A DNA stretch of 64,000 nt from the human T2T-CHM13v2.0 reference genome, Homo sapiens. The notes beneath the pieces were generated by a model. The model was given only the letters and a program-made list of their open reading frames with translations. It did not search any database and was not told the origin of the DNA. Positions 38,856-54,085 of this stretch are shown here, piece after piece. The position numbers were made by a program, and so were the translations under genes. The stretch is from assembly GCF_009914755.1 (NCBI RefSeq), contig NC_060928.1; one strand, written 5' to 3'. The stretch's first letter is position 1. Each line of letters opens with the position of its first letter.

Positions 38856-38980
38856 CATGTTCCACGGCTGTTTTTAGTGTCGCTTCAGGATGTGTCGATC
38901 CTAGAGGGTTACACACAAATCGTCGCCGGCGCCGCAAGTCATCTTCCCAGTAGTCAAGGCGCCAGAACTCAAGAGGACGA
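38856..38980 (-). CDS. LRBA: LRBA internal coding exon (125 nt), [41 protein letters not shown]
   Basis: Acceptor ttctctgtttcattgtAG, donor GTcagt. Ends in phase 1, compatible with the next exons. Peptide is typical of LRBA/NBEA. Confidence 0.96.
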
Positions 38981-41358
38981 CTACAATGAAACAGAGAAGC
39001 CACATATGTTAGCAATTATCAAACAGCGTGGTAGCACTGAATTTCTGCATAAAGCTCTCCTTGTTTGCTCTGCCTTTTTTTCCCTCTCCTTCCACTTAAT
39101 TCTCCCTCCATCTCACACTCCCCTTTCTGCAATCTTTAACTTAGGTATGTCCTTGAAAATAACAATATCACCTTCTAGTCTAAGGAACTCCTTTTCCTTT
39201 TCTTGGAAGGTGAAATGAGCACTAAATACATCATTTTGAAATGAATTGCTGACAGTGTGATCAGTTTCCCCACACTCTAGTGGCATGTGCTCTGATTTCA
39301 GCCTCATTTCAGCCTCAGCAGGGCACCTTTCTCTGTAGCTGCATTTATAAACCAGAATAGGGAAAAGGCTATTATAAATATGGTATAGCATTACCTATAT
39401 TAATCAAAGTCCGTCCCCCTTCATTTTTCTTCCTAATTTGTGCCTTTTTGCACAAGGTCAGTAAATCATACCATGAATTCTTGGTCCAGAAAGTGTTAAC
39501 TTTAATGAATATCTCAGTTACATGGTTATGTATGTGATAATAAAATATTACTCTGTTTAGATGTGCAGGAATTTAATTAAAATAATCTCTTAAAATATTC
39601 ATTACATTTAGCCCCTGAGGCTTAGAACAACACAAGAAAATGCATTTCTTTTCCATTTACTGTTTTTAAATAAACCATTCCTGTAGAGTGAAATAGCAAT
39701 CTATTTTCAAGCAAATCAGATTGGATTTCTGTTTTATGTACTCTGTTTTTATATTTAATTAAAAACTACATGCTATATGATGTGCAATAATTGCTATATC
39801 AAAAGCATACTTTTGGAAATGTATTTTTTAAAAAAAGGTTTGCTCATTTCAAATTCTATATTTCCCCTATTACATACACATTTTATATGGCAATATATAA
39901 ATGTCAGCTTTCTCTCTTGTTAACTAATCATGATCTAGCATGCTGGAAAAATATTTTATAAGGAAAATACTAAAGTGTTTTCAGTTATAGTAAGAAAAAA
40001 GTCTCTGTAGAATACATTAATTCAATAAAGATATACAGCAGGAACACCTGTAAGTTTCAATAATGAAATTAAAAAATTATTCATAATCAAAACTTCTTCA
40101 GGAATGACTAATACAAAATACAATCTTACTTATATTTCGGGAGCTAATAAAATTGTATCTGTCAGCTTTGACAAATTAGTAGTCTTCAACAACTGACAGT
40201 CCCAAACTACCCAAGTAAAAGTTACCTTTATTTTGATGTTTTAAAGATGTTCTCTTTAAAAATTCAAAATAGGTTTATAAATAAGTACTTTTATCAATTA
40301 AAAACTATCTTGTATTAATAAAAAGCATAAACAGTACGTTATTTAAAGAAAATCTTTTTAAAACAGTAGAGACTGATCTCTGAAAATGCTGAAGGGATAA
40401 GAACATCAAATATTTCCTTGGGTGATTTTGGTCAGGAGAAGGAGATATAATGTAATCAAAATGTAATACAAAAAAAGTATAAGAATTGCAGTTCTCAAAA
40501 AGAAAAATTTAAAAAGCTATTATTATATATTTCTTCATTATTCTGTCTAAATTTGAATAAAAACATGATGATATTATTTAAAAATAAATAAATACCCACA
40601 GAATATACATACAATCAAAAGACAACAGTTGTTTTAACTCAATTAATAAAATGAAATTCTCCTTAGGTGAGAAGGAAAAAGGCAGTACACAGATGGCTGT
40701 GTGTATGGCTTTGATAGTCATGGAGCTTGGATAGGCACTTCATCATTCTGCCTACCTACATTTATCTGTTAAAATTATTATCAAATATCAGCCAGGATGC
40801 AGTCGTGAATCACAGGCTGCTCCTCGCCTTCAGGGGAATGATACAATGAGGGTCTATTCATCAGTGCGGCAATCGGCACAAGTAATTAGTTCCCTAGACT
40901 GAGATCTCCTACAAAGCCTATTTCAGTCAGCACCACAAACATATGACGATGTAAAGCTAATGAAAGCTGCTCAAATTTGTTAACCTTTTCTGCCATCTAT
41001 CCTTCTAATACTCTATGCTTCAGTATTATGCAAAGGTAGTAAATTATTAATTTGTCATTCATCCATCCTTCTACATTTTGAGTCAAATTAAATGATGTCA
41101 TTCTTCTTGATAACAATTAAAATTATAAGAGATGTTAAGCTGCTATGATAAAATTATGACTAAATTAGGTAACAATAGATTCTACTATAATGCACCACAG
41201 TGAAGTCAAATTCAATGGCTATTAAGCATATGCACAATAACTTTTATCACACAGCAGAAAAACCAGAGGAATTATAAAATTATTCACAAATTATCAAGTA
41301 ACTCAAAGATAATATCTATAGCAAAAATAACCAAAATTAGGAGGAAATAAAACGATAA

Positions 41359-41839
<481 letters not shown>

Positions 41840-43334
41840 TATTCTATCAATAATTTTTTTAAATACTTAAACATGGTCCAAATAGAATAAACGACCTGTA
41901 ATACCACAGCATGATAATATTTACAATCTCCTGAAGCTATGTCACTTAAGGACTATTTTTCCAACACAATCCAGTTACAACACAATTAAAAACAATCTGA
42001 AGACAAAGCAAATATCACTTAGTTCAGATCACATATCTAGAAAGAATTATAAAAATCATTTCAAAAGACCAACAATTTCAATATATTTTTTGAGAGTCTC
42101 TTCATATAAAGCACTGCTCCAGGTGCTACAGTGTACAAAGTTCTCATGTAATAGACTTATAATCAAACAGTTAGCTATTAGTCTCATTTGAGAAAATAGC
42201 ATTTATCACCCAATTTCAGATTGTGTAGGTAATACATGTTTTTGGAGAAAAAGCCACACACCCACTTATTTGAGATATATTTAAAGTCATTTAAATATAT
42301 TTAATAACTAGCATATTTAAAGTCATTTACACAGTAACAAACCTGGGCCTAAAGTACAATGTTTTGTTTCCCTAAGTCTGCTCCCTCCAACAACACATAC
42401 TCTCAGTATAACGCTCTACCACACACACACACAAAAATGAGGCCGGCTTTGTCATTTTAAAACAGTATTATAAAGGAGAATGTGTAGGTTTTGGTCTTCA
42501 ACTTACTTTCTTCACTCTCATTTAAGAAATACTGTTCCCTACCCCGTCCCTTCCTCAAAAGCCTCTTCCAGGCAAAAGAGGATACAAAATTGGCAAATTT
42601 ATTAATAACATAGTGATCCAACCCTCTTCCCAAAAGGTTATAAAGTAATTAAAAGATTATACATTTTTGTAGTTATCACCATGGTACGATCAGCAAAATT
42701 TAAAAGACTTCATGTATTCAGAAACAGACTGTTGACCAAATATAAGCATGGATAAGATCAGAAATCACTTATTCTGGCACCTTATAAGTACATATCTAGA
42801 TCACATTATATACCTATACCTTTATATATCTGTATCTATCCCCAAAAGTTATATTAATACTACACAACACCCTTTCACAAACTTCACTCATATCCATTTC
42901 CACTAAGATCCTCAAAATCTTCAAAGTAAAGAGGTTAGCCTAAGTTTTAGATCTGGAAATACTATTTCCTTCAGAAGACATAAGCCCTTCTCTACAAAGA
43001 TGCCCTACTTAGGGCTCCTCTTAGGACACAATCTCCAGGTACTAAAGTCTTTGACTGGTGGAACATATGTCTTTAAAAAGTTATGGATGGCACTGAAGTT
43101 AAATATTATAATCTTTCTAATTATTTTTTAATTTAGTTTTTTCGTTCTTTGGTCTAACTTCAGAGTCTGAAGTTAAAATTACCATGTAAGTCTATTGGAC
43201 TTTTCTACATATACGTCATCTAATTATGTTTCTACTTTTTAAAAAACTTTCACGTTATGTGTTTGTATACACACACCTTTAATACATCACTATAATCTAC
43301 ATAAAATAACATAAAGCAATGTCATGGCTTTTTT

Positions 43335-43648
43335 GTGGTTGTTGTTGTTTTTTAAGATGGTAGAGTGTCACCCAGGCTGGAATGCAGTGGCAACATGAGG
43401 GAACAGAACAAAGCTCACTGCAGCCTCTAACTTTTGGGCTCAAAAGATTCTCCTGCCTCATCCTCCCCAGTAACTGAGACATCCTCCCCAGTACAAAAAT
43501 TAGTAATCTGGCTAATTTTTTTTATTTTCTTAGAGATGGGATCTTGCTACATTGCCCAGGCTGGTTTCGAACTCTTGGCCTCAAATGATCCTCCTCCTTG
43601 AGCCTCCTGAGTAGCTGGGATTACAGACACAAGCCACTGAGCTTGGCT
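43335..43648 (-). mobile_element. Diverged Alu (AluJ-like)
   Basis: tgtcacccaggctggaatgcagtggc...gagcttggc with internal indels. Confidence 0.85.
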
Positions 43649-43975
43649 GGCAATGCCATTTTAATACATAGAATATATGTTTTATGTTCTACAAGAACAG
43701 AATTTGATAGATTATTAAATTTTTAGAAAGAAATATAACTCAAACATCAATAGATAGGCTATTTATTCTATTTCCTAGGCCCTTTATGGTTACTGATTTG
43801 ATCAGGTAGAACAAATGAATAAGAATTAAACAAATGAGAATCATTTGGAAGAGGCAGAAGTATTAAAACAAAATCAACAACTAAGGTACGATTCACATTT
43901 TTCCTCTAATAGTTAAATGATACAACTATACAAATTTGACTATTATTTTTCTCATGTTAATTGTAAGAATTTTTA

Positions 43976-44265
43976 GGCTGGGCACTGTGGCTAATGCCTG
44001 TAATCCTAGAACTCAGGGAGGCTAAGGAAGGAAAACTGCTTGAGGTCAGGAGTTCAAGACCAGCCTGGGCAACATAGCAAGACCCTGGTTCAAAAAAAAA
44101 AAATTAGACAGGTGAGGTGGTGCATGTCTGTAGTTCTAGCTTCTTGGGAGGCTAAGGTGGGAAGGTTTCTTGAGCCCATAAGTTGGAGGTTGCTGTGAGC
44201 TCTGATGATGGCAATGAACTCTAGCCTGGCTGACAGAGGGAGAGACTATCTCCAAAAAAAAAAAG
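43976..44265 (+). mobile_element. Alu (AluJ-like)
   Basis: ggctgggcactgtggctaatgcc...polyA. Confidence 0.9.
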
Positions 44266-44489
44266 GAATTATAAAGTTTAGATTTTTTGAAACCCAATTA
44301 GCCAGTTAACATGGTATGAATGGCCAAATATTCTAATAAAATACCAATATATTTTCTAATAACAATTATTTATTATTTACCTGAGTCAGCTGTGGCAATA
44401 CAAGGATTATTACAATGTTGTCCCTGATGTCATGGAAAAGGCAGATGCAAAAACAAATAATAAGAATTCAAAAAAGTATGTGTAACAGA

Positions 44490-44600
44490 ACAGAGCTTTA
44501 CTACATGGCTATTAAGGTGCACAACTCCAGGGGGCACTTTTCACATCAAAATTTTTGTAAATAACATGCCCTGGAGTTATGCAATGCTCACTGTACATTA
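44490..44600. mobile_element. Small hairpin DNA-transposon relic (MER91-like)
   Basis: Inverted repeat gcacaactccaggg (44519-44532) and ccctggagttatgc (44569-44582), 13/14 match. Family assignment is from memory. Confidence 0.5.
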
Positions 44601-47469
44601 CTATATGCCACAGCCCAAGTGCTAGGAGAATACTACCTTTACCCACACATCCCCCAGTTCCCCTGCCCCACAATTCAATGCTCAGGCTCCTTTCTTTCTC
44701 TGGAATCCAAAAGTTAAATCTAAACTTGGGAACAGGAAACAGAACAAAGCCCTTCAGACACTATCAGTGGCAGTTGCACAGTCAGTATTTCCCTGCTGTA
44801 GGAAAAAGTGGACATATTAGGAAGATGCTTGGTTGTCAAAACACAAGCAAAATTCAATAAAAAGAATGAAATAATTAAGTACATAAGAGAAATATTAACA
44901 TTTATTTAACCAAAAACCATTAAGTTCGCATTGCTATATTAAAGTAGATAACTTTCTGGATATTGCTGTATTAAAGCAGAGTAGTTTCCAGAACAATGTT
45001 AATTACTGAAATCAGTGGTAGCTATGTAAGTATCCCAGTTATTCTACAACCTAGATGAATTGGCACCTATTATCAAATGAGTCAAATGTATTCATGTCTA
45101 TCATCTCACTGGTTTTAGTGTCATTTTAATGTAACTTAAATATGTCAATAAAAGTATATGAGTTTTAAAAAGAAAACCTGTCAAAACACAATCATATTAG
45201 AAAATTTTCCCATTTTCCATCTCGCCCACTTTGCTTTGGCAATACCTGATAAATCTTGATAACCTTAACAGAAGTCAGTAAGAAATTCTCCTAGCTAAAG
45301 TTCCAAATCCTAGAACATTTTAGCACTTCATATTTTGTTCTTAAATTTTCACATTGCCTGTTTTTTAAACTCCTATATCTGACTAGCTTCTATTTCCATA
45401 TTTTTAGATTAAAAATTCATAGTAGACATTAGTTACAACTGAAATAAATGGTAACCCCTAAAAAGCAGTAAACATTTTCAGAGCACTGTCAGCTTGAAGA
45501 TAAAAAGCACTTAAGTTCTAGAAAGGTTTCACATTCTGTATAAATCTTGGTGAAATAATGTTCAGGTACTATAGGTATCATACAATATAAGAGAATGCTT
45601 TACCTCACAAACTGAAATCTATGGTGCCTTCATGCAAATAAAAAGAAAATTAACTAAAACCTCTGTTTACCAAGTACCAACTATAAATCAAGGGCAGCTG
45701 ATCTATGCATTATGCTGTCTTAATGAAAAGGACAAACAAAAACAAAAACAAACCCTTCAATTGTGTGGATTCCAGCAGAGAAGACACATACTAAAGCAGA
45801 ATTCTTTCTTTATTGAGGCCTGACATTGAGACACTGGAGTATCATATATTTTATTTAATTATGTAAAATCAAATTTTATGTAATTAGGAATTTCTGCATG
45901 TCACTATTCAATGTATGTCTGTATTTGTTTTTTAAAGCCATCTAGATATCCATCTTCAATTAATTATTAGTTTGGACATTTGGCAACCAAGTTAATTATT
46001 CAAGAAATGATCCCAAGCTTTTCCTGTCTGTTGTTAGCCAGTTGACCATTTCTTTCTTCACTTAGAATTTTTACCAGGGATTGAGTAAAGTTATGAGACT
46101 ATCAAAATCTGGTGTTATACTACCAGTTAAAGCTCTAACAAAAGACATCTAGGAAAAAAAACCATTAAAATGATGTTATTAAGAACCAGAAGCCTTAAAG
46201 CTCACCTCAGCCTCACTATTTAGACAAATCTATTATACTGTCCCCAAATATCTAATTTAAAAAAATTCACCAAACACTTGTTGAGTGCCAACTATGTACC
46301 AGATTGTGGTACATACAAATGAATGATGCTGGGCTCAACCTACACAGGACAATGGGGACAAGGAAATTATTAAATATAAAAAAAATAAGTTAAAATAGAC
46401 TATATTACTTTAGGCTACTCTGTGCTACACACTGTTCTCTGTTATATACAGTACCGCCAAGCCTCAACAACCCTGCCATGATTAAATACTGCTATTCTCA
46501 TTTTAAAGGTGACGAAAGTAAGTTTTACCCATTGGTAGTAAATAATAAGTCTGATGACGTCTAAGCCAATGAGCTTTTCACTACATAGCATTTCCTCTTG
46601 AACATCTTATTCGTTACTATTATAGCTATGATCAAAGTACTAATTAACCCTGCCTGGGAGGACTCAGGATTTCATTAAGATTTCAATGAGGATCTATTTT
46701 GTAAGTTACATGAAGAGAAGGGTTTATGCGTAATTCACTGACCAAGCACAGTAACTGTTACAAAACTGCCACTTAATAAATAATTGATCAAAGAGTAAAC
46801 CGATGACTTTTAAACAGAAACTTAAATGATAAACAGGAGTCTGCTGAACAAAATGGAAAAGGCACTATAAGCCAAGAAATAGCATGGATAAAGGCATGGA
46901 AATGTAAAAGGGCTCTGTAATTTAAGGAAGTTTTGGTAAGAAATCACAGCTAGACAGCCTTAGGATGGGAAAAGCTAAGGTAAAAAACATAGGTTTAGAA
47001 CCAGATTTCAAAAGACCTTGTAGAGTTAACTAAAGTAACTACCTGTACATCCTAGAGTCTACAGAGACAGCATCAGGCTTTCACAAGAGGTTTAATATGA
47101 TCAGGCTTGTATGCTACACGGCAGCAACATACAGAATGTCTGGATTAAGGCAGTGAGGATGGAGCCTAGAAGTGAAGGGTTTAAAGACATATCTGAGGTA
47201 GAATAGATAAGACTTCACATGATATTCAAATATGGGAGGTGAGGAAAAAGATAATGAGAATAAAATCAAGGGCTGTAACAAGAGGGAAGTTAGAAGATAA
47301 AGATGCTATTTAATTAAAATAAATACAGGTTAAACAGGCCTGACTGGGAAAAATAATCGCATCCTAGATGCCTAATAACATCCAGGCAGGTATTTCTAAT
47401 AGGTAAGTAATATAACACTGGAATTGAAAGAGAAGAGGCCTGTGCTAGAGATTTAAAATAGGGAGATTG

Positions 47470-48118
<649 letters not shown>

Positions 48119-48429
48119 TCATTTAACAAAAATGTACTGAGTGTTTATTGTAAGCCTGGGTATTTTGCTAGACCCAGAGAAGAGTCTATTGAAAGGGCAG
48201 GAGAAAGATGGGGATGAATATTGCAGAACAGAAAAGGATCAGTAAAAGAAACAGGGAAGTAACAGTGCCTTACAGTCAATAAGATAATGGGAGAACCAAA
48301 ATAGAACGGTGCCAAAAAAGACAAATGAGCAAAAATGTTTCAAAGCAGTCAGCGGGCACCATTATTTAATTCTGCTTAAACATGCTCAAAAGGATGAAAA
48401 ATGAAGAGAAGTCTTTGTTCATGTTTTGT

Positions 48430-48890
48430 GTTTTTAACAGCTTTATGATATATAATGTATACACCATAATGCTCACCCGTTTAAAATGTACAATTCAACG
48501 TTTTTTAGTATATTTACAGAGTTGTACAATCATCACCATGATCTAATTTAAAAACATTTTTATCACCCCAAAATGAAACTCCATACCCATTACCCGTCAT
48601 TCCACATCTTCCCTTCCTCCCAGCCCCTGGCAATGATGAGCCTACCTTCTTTCTCAACATATTTACCTATTCTGGACATTTTATATAAATGGAATCCATA
48701 CAATATGTAGAATTGTGTGACTGGCTTCTTTCACTCAGCATAATGTTTTTGAGGTTCATCTATGTTGTAGCACATATTGGTAGCTCATTCTTTTTATTAC
48801 TGAATGATATTTCATTGTGTAGATACGCTGCATTTTGATTATCCATTCATGTACTGATGAACACTTGAGTTGTTTCCATTTTGTGGGGAT
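48430..48890 (-). mobile_element. Old L1M 3' end
   Basis: tttttaacagcttt...tgtacaattca...ttctggacattttatataaatggaat...ctggcttctttcactcagcataatg. Confidence 0.85.
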
Positions 48891-49009
48891 CTTTGGGTTT
48901 TACGATGAGAAAACTGAAGTACTTGGTTAGCTATCTAGCATTCACTTCTCTCCTCTTTCCTAATAACTGAATTACAATTTTGTTCAGATATCTATCACTT
49001 TTTAAATGT

Positions 49010-49458
49010 TTCTCTGACTCATGGAAAGCTGACCAAATTATGATAAATCCGGTCATTCTCAGCAGCGATTGGTTCAGGAATCCAGCTTTAAGAGGATCAC
49101 TGCATAAATTCTGCCTAGCAACCACTTTTCACCAATATGAAATGGAAACCTTCTATTCAGTGGTTGAGACAAGAGTTCTTTCTTTTTCCTGATGGTCTGA
49201 CACAATGAAACATGTAGATCCAGTTGCTGGCAGTCATAAGGCATCCATGAGAGAAGCCAGATTGGAAATAGTTTATACATCCGGGGACAGAGAACTGAAA
49301 GAGTTACAGGAAAATGGAGCCAGAAGCCTGCCCCAAAGCCTATACATATCTGTACTTCTTATAAGAGATATTATACTTCTTCATAATCTAGTGAAGTCAG
49401 GAAGTTCACTTGGTGCAAGATTTCTTATTACTTGCCTTTGAAACCACCTAACAGATAC
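49010..49458 (+). mobile_element. MaLR LTR fragment (MLT1-like)
   Basis: gattggttcagg... ending in ttacttgcc...cctaacagataca. Confidence 0.55.
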
Positions 49459-50156
49459 ATGGATTACTGGTGATGCTGTGAGCAATTTGATTACAGTGGC
49501 TGGAAGGAAAAGTAGAGAGTAAAACACTTATGCTTTGGTGGCAATGGTTAATATTGATCTCCTCTTCAAAAATTTTGACGATGAAAGGAATTAGAGAGCT
49601 AGGATGGCGGTTTAAAGAAGGTAAAGAACAGACTTAAGCATGTTTGCAGAAGGAAAAGACAAAGTCCAAAGAATTCAAAGAAGCTGAAGATGGCATTGGG
49701 GGTAGGAGGTGGGTAGCAGGAGCAGGGTTTGATAAAGACAGAAGAGGTATGATCCCATAAAAAGATAACATGATGAACTTGGAAGTAACTAAGGTCATCT
49801 CTTTCTTTGTGGCAAAATCCAAGGATGTAAGACTCTGTACTTTAATAAATTCAGGGCTGAAGAGAAGAAAAACTAAAGACCAGATTTTCACCTGATTGTT
49901 TGTTTTTTTTCTATTACGTAGCATATTTTTGACTAAAGAAAAGAATAGAGGAGGTAAAATTAGAAGAGGTGCCTTGGGGAATACAGAAGAAAGCTGACAA
50001 AGGAAAAGTTTAAGGATGATTAAATAGCTTATGAAGGTCCAGCTGAGTTTGGAAACCATTGAGGTAGCATCGATCTGCAGAACTGTGTGATTTTTCCTAT
50101 ACCCTGACCCTGACCATACATAGTAACCTGGGAGAAAGAGTAAAAAGAGCAGCTGA

Positions 50157-50490
<334 letters not shown>

Positions 50491-51742
50491 TCATTCAAGA
50501 TTTAGGACTGATTTGGTTGGCAGACCAAAATAAGGAAGGTTAAGGAAAATGAGTAGGCTAGTAAGAACGCCTGGGATGACTATGGGTGATAAATCCATGA
50601 TCTTTCTGGACTTTAATAAAATAAATAACATAGGCTTTATAGACATTGACTCATTGGGAAATCAAATTTATCCTGCATCCCAAGCTACTTATATTGATGA
50701 TAATTAATCAATATAACTGGCTTATGATGCAGTATAAATTTGATTTTCCAATGAAACAATCAGTAATTCTATTTAATCAATATATCCAGTCCCCTTATTT
50801 ACTGCTGCTATGTTTTCAACTTGTACTAAAACACATATAGAATAAAAGAATGGAAGATTATACTGTACTTGAAGACTTTCTTCAGTCTTCAAAATGATAG
50901 GATCACTAGCCAGGAGATGAGGATAGGGAGGAGAAGGTTGTTGTAAATAATCATGGGACTGAACAATCTATACGCAGAGACCATCTGAAGGCTTAGGGAG
51001 GCAGGACCTCACTCTTTTAAGAAGTATATTACATTATGCTCCTGGAAAGAGGATGGGAACTAAAATTTACTGACTGCCAATAATGTATTAGGCATGCTAG
51101 TACGTATTTTACATGTGATCTCATTTAATTCTCAAAACAACCATATAAATTAGAGATATAACACCTATTTAACAGTTGAAGAATTGAGGCCCAGAAGGTG
51201 AGTGATTCAGTTACTAAGAAATAGCGCTAGACCCTCCCAACTAGAACTACCCATTACCAAAAATTTTCCAGGCTACTTTGGCTAAGACATTCATATGAGG
51301 TTCATTAATATACTTCTTATGACAGTTCATTATATTGGTATGAGTTTAAATATCTCTTTCATAAAGTGACAGATATAACTATAAACAAAAAATTTTATAA
51401 ATTATATGAAAACCTATCAACACACATTTCAATAAAGAATAACTAGAAAATTCATAATTTTTCCAGCATTAGCATCACTCAAAATTCAAATAGCAAGGCT
51501 ATTAGACTAAGGGTAAGGAGTTACAAGGCTCTATCGCTTTTCAATGTATAAGTATAACTAAGTACTGTGTAGTGCAGGGTCAGTATTTGTAAGTAAGTAG
51601 CCTGAAAGCTATTAATATTCAGAAATATGTTTAGTAACCACATCACTTGCCCCAAATTTGGAAGAACTACATAAGCATCTACATGAAGCAATCTCATATC
51701 CAAGAACCACTGCTTTGGCATACAGAACCTTTATTTCTACGC

Positions 51743-51966
51743 GCTCTCTCTCTCTCTTTCTCTCTCTCTAAGACAAGGCCTCACTCTGTTGCTCAGGCTG
51801 GAGTGCAGTGGCACAATCACGGTTCACTGCAACTTCAACATCGCAGGCTCAGGTGATCCTCCCACCTCAGCCTCCTGAGTAGCTGGGACTACAGGCACAA
51901 GCCACCATGCCAGGGGAATTTTTGCATTTTTTGTAGAGATGGGGTTTCGCCCCTTTGCCCAGGCTG
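51743..51966 (-). mobile_element. Partial Alu with (CT)n tail
   Basis: (ct)n followed by agacaaggcctcactctgttgctcaggctgg..., truncated at gcccaggctg. Confidence 0.85.
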
Positions 51967-53429
51967 TATTTCTCTCAAAGTCAAGTCCTATACCACATTT
52001 GTTGCTGTTCTTCTTAAGATACTTTGTAAGTAACAGGAAGACAAGAAAAGAACAAAAAAAAAGTCACCCTCCATAGCATAACATTTTTATCTTTAAATAA
52101 TTTTTTAAAGTTTACATGAAGAAAAACCCTGCATAATCCATCACTTCCTCTTTTTAAACCAAAACTCTCAGGAAAATACTGAGAGTAAATAACTGATTTT
52201 AACTAACATAAAAGAAAAATATATATACTGTACTTTGCAACCTGGATAAATTAAAGCGTTAGCAAAAGGTATGTGCTTTTTATCCACTGGGGAAAACAAG
52301 GCTTATTATGTTACACTTCCAGGTTTTTAAGACAGTTGGAAGCCGGTTCTCTGAATAGTTGCTGTCATCTCCTAGATACTTTCTAGTACTTTCAATTTTG
52401 AAGCAATTATTTACATTCTAAAGTGATTTATTTTCCTCTCTTTCTTTGCTACATTTCATTTCTTCTGGTTCTCAATGACCATCTCTACTTTGGCTTAATT
52501 ATATTCATTTACAAATATTTTCTGAGTACCTGCTACCGTGTGGAAAGAACTGGTTGAGGTGCCTTAAGAAATACTCATATGAAGAAAACACAAGTCTCTA
52601 ATCTCAAGGCACTTAAAATCTAATAAATGGGATAAAATAAGCAAACAAAAAATTATATGACATAAAATCCACACCATAAGAAAAGTAAAAACCCAGAGTG
52701 ATAGAAAGGCAAAGAGTAATCACATTTGTTTTAAAGGGACCAAGAAGCTTTAAAGAGCAAGAGATTTTTGAGAAATACCCTTAAGAAGAGGCCAATTTTC
52801 AATTGATACACAAAGAAGACGATGACATTTTAGGCTTTTAGGAGATCTTAAGTAAAAGTATAGAGGTCTGAAAATTGGAAGCAGTCTCATTTAGCCGGTC
52901 CAATAGAAAATGAGATATGAAAGATAAGTTAGAGCCATAACATAAAAAATCAGGAATGAAAAACTAATAAGCTTATATTTCACTCATTTACTCACTTGTT
53001 CATTTAATCAAAAACACATACTGAATACCAACAATGAGTAAAGACAGGAGATTCGGTCATTTGGTGATAGAAAGTCATTATTCTCAAGGTCCTCAAAATC
53101 CAATAAGAGAAACAGATATATGAAGAGATAATTACAATATATGCAAAAGGTACCTTAGGGACACAGTTGAAGGGCATTATCCAAAGTAATAGAAGCCTTC
53201 TTAGAAGTGAGTAATCCACAAATTGAGTCAAAGAGTTAACAGATGTTAACCAGAATAAGAAAAGGAAAATCATTCTTTCTGAGGGAACAGCATTAGCAAA
53301 GCCAAACAAGTAAGAAACAATTGGGTATAAGCTAAAGTTAAATGTTTCCAGAATTTTTGGAGCGGCATAAAGCAAGAAGTGCCCAAACAAGAGGCTATAG
53401 AGGGCAGGGGCCAGATCATGAAGAATCAT

Positions 53430-54085
53430 TTTAGGAGTCTGGCTCCTGGTTTAAAACCTATGTGTGATTTTTTTCAGGCCTTACCATGGGTAGTTACAAA
53501 ACCTTTACCTGGCAGGCCTCACAGAGAAAAGCTGTACTCCCCACATCAGACTTGATGTACAGCGAATGCTTTGCATCTCTGGCGGGAGTTGCAGCTAAGG
53601 TCTTAGGCCTCTCTGGCCAGTTATGCTCTTTGCACATTTACATTCCTAGCCCTGATGAATTGATTCTTGGGTCTGTATCTGAAACCTTGGCCTAAGATCC
53701 TCTCCAGGCATCTCTTCCTAGAACTCCTTACTTGGAGAGGAAGGGAAAACTCTGAAGACAGTATTCCCTACTCTGATTCAGCCTGTTCCAAGACCACCCC
53801 GCTAGCCCTTCCTCTGACCTCGTGTCCATAAAACTACCAGAGTCTTTAGTTTCAAGTTTCTTCAACAATAAGATGACTCTCACATCTGCGCAGATCCACA
53901 CTAACCCTTGAAAAGCATGCCATTCTATGGCGGGAAATGGAATGGGGAGTCAACCCCTTCCTTCGGATTTAGACTCTTGCTAATACCATCATAGTTAATG
54001 ATTAAAGGCTTACCCTTTCATTTTTGGCTTGTTACTTTAATTGGCTACTCCTACACCTGACAGTTCAACTCTCCCAGCTCAGCTT
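53430..54085. mobile_element. Probable solo ERV LTR inserted in L2
   Basis: Block of about 650 bp with different composition, containing CATAAAA and ATTAAA, that splits an L2-like run (gccagatcatgaag...catgttaaggagcttgg). Family not identified. Confidence 0.45.

Noticed and set aside
50869-50892. Hairpin TTGAAGACT-N6-AGTCTTCAA
   Set aside because: A 9-bp stem is expected by chance in 64 kb and is too short for a pre-miRNA.
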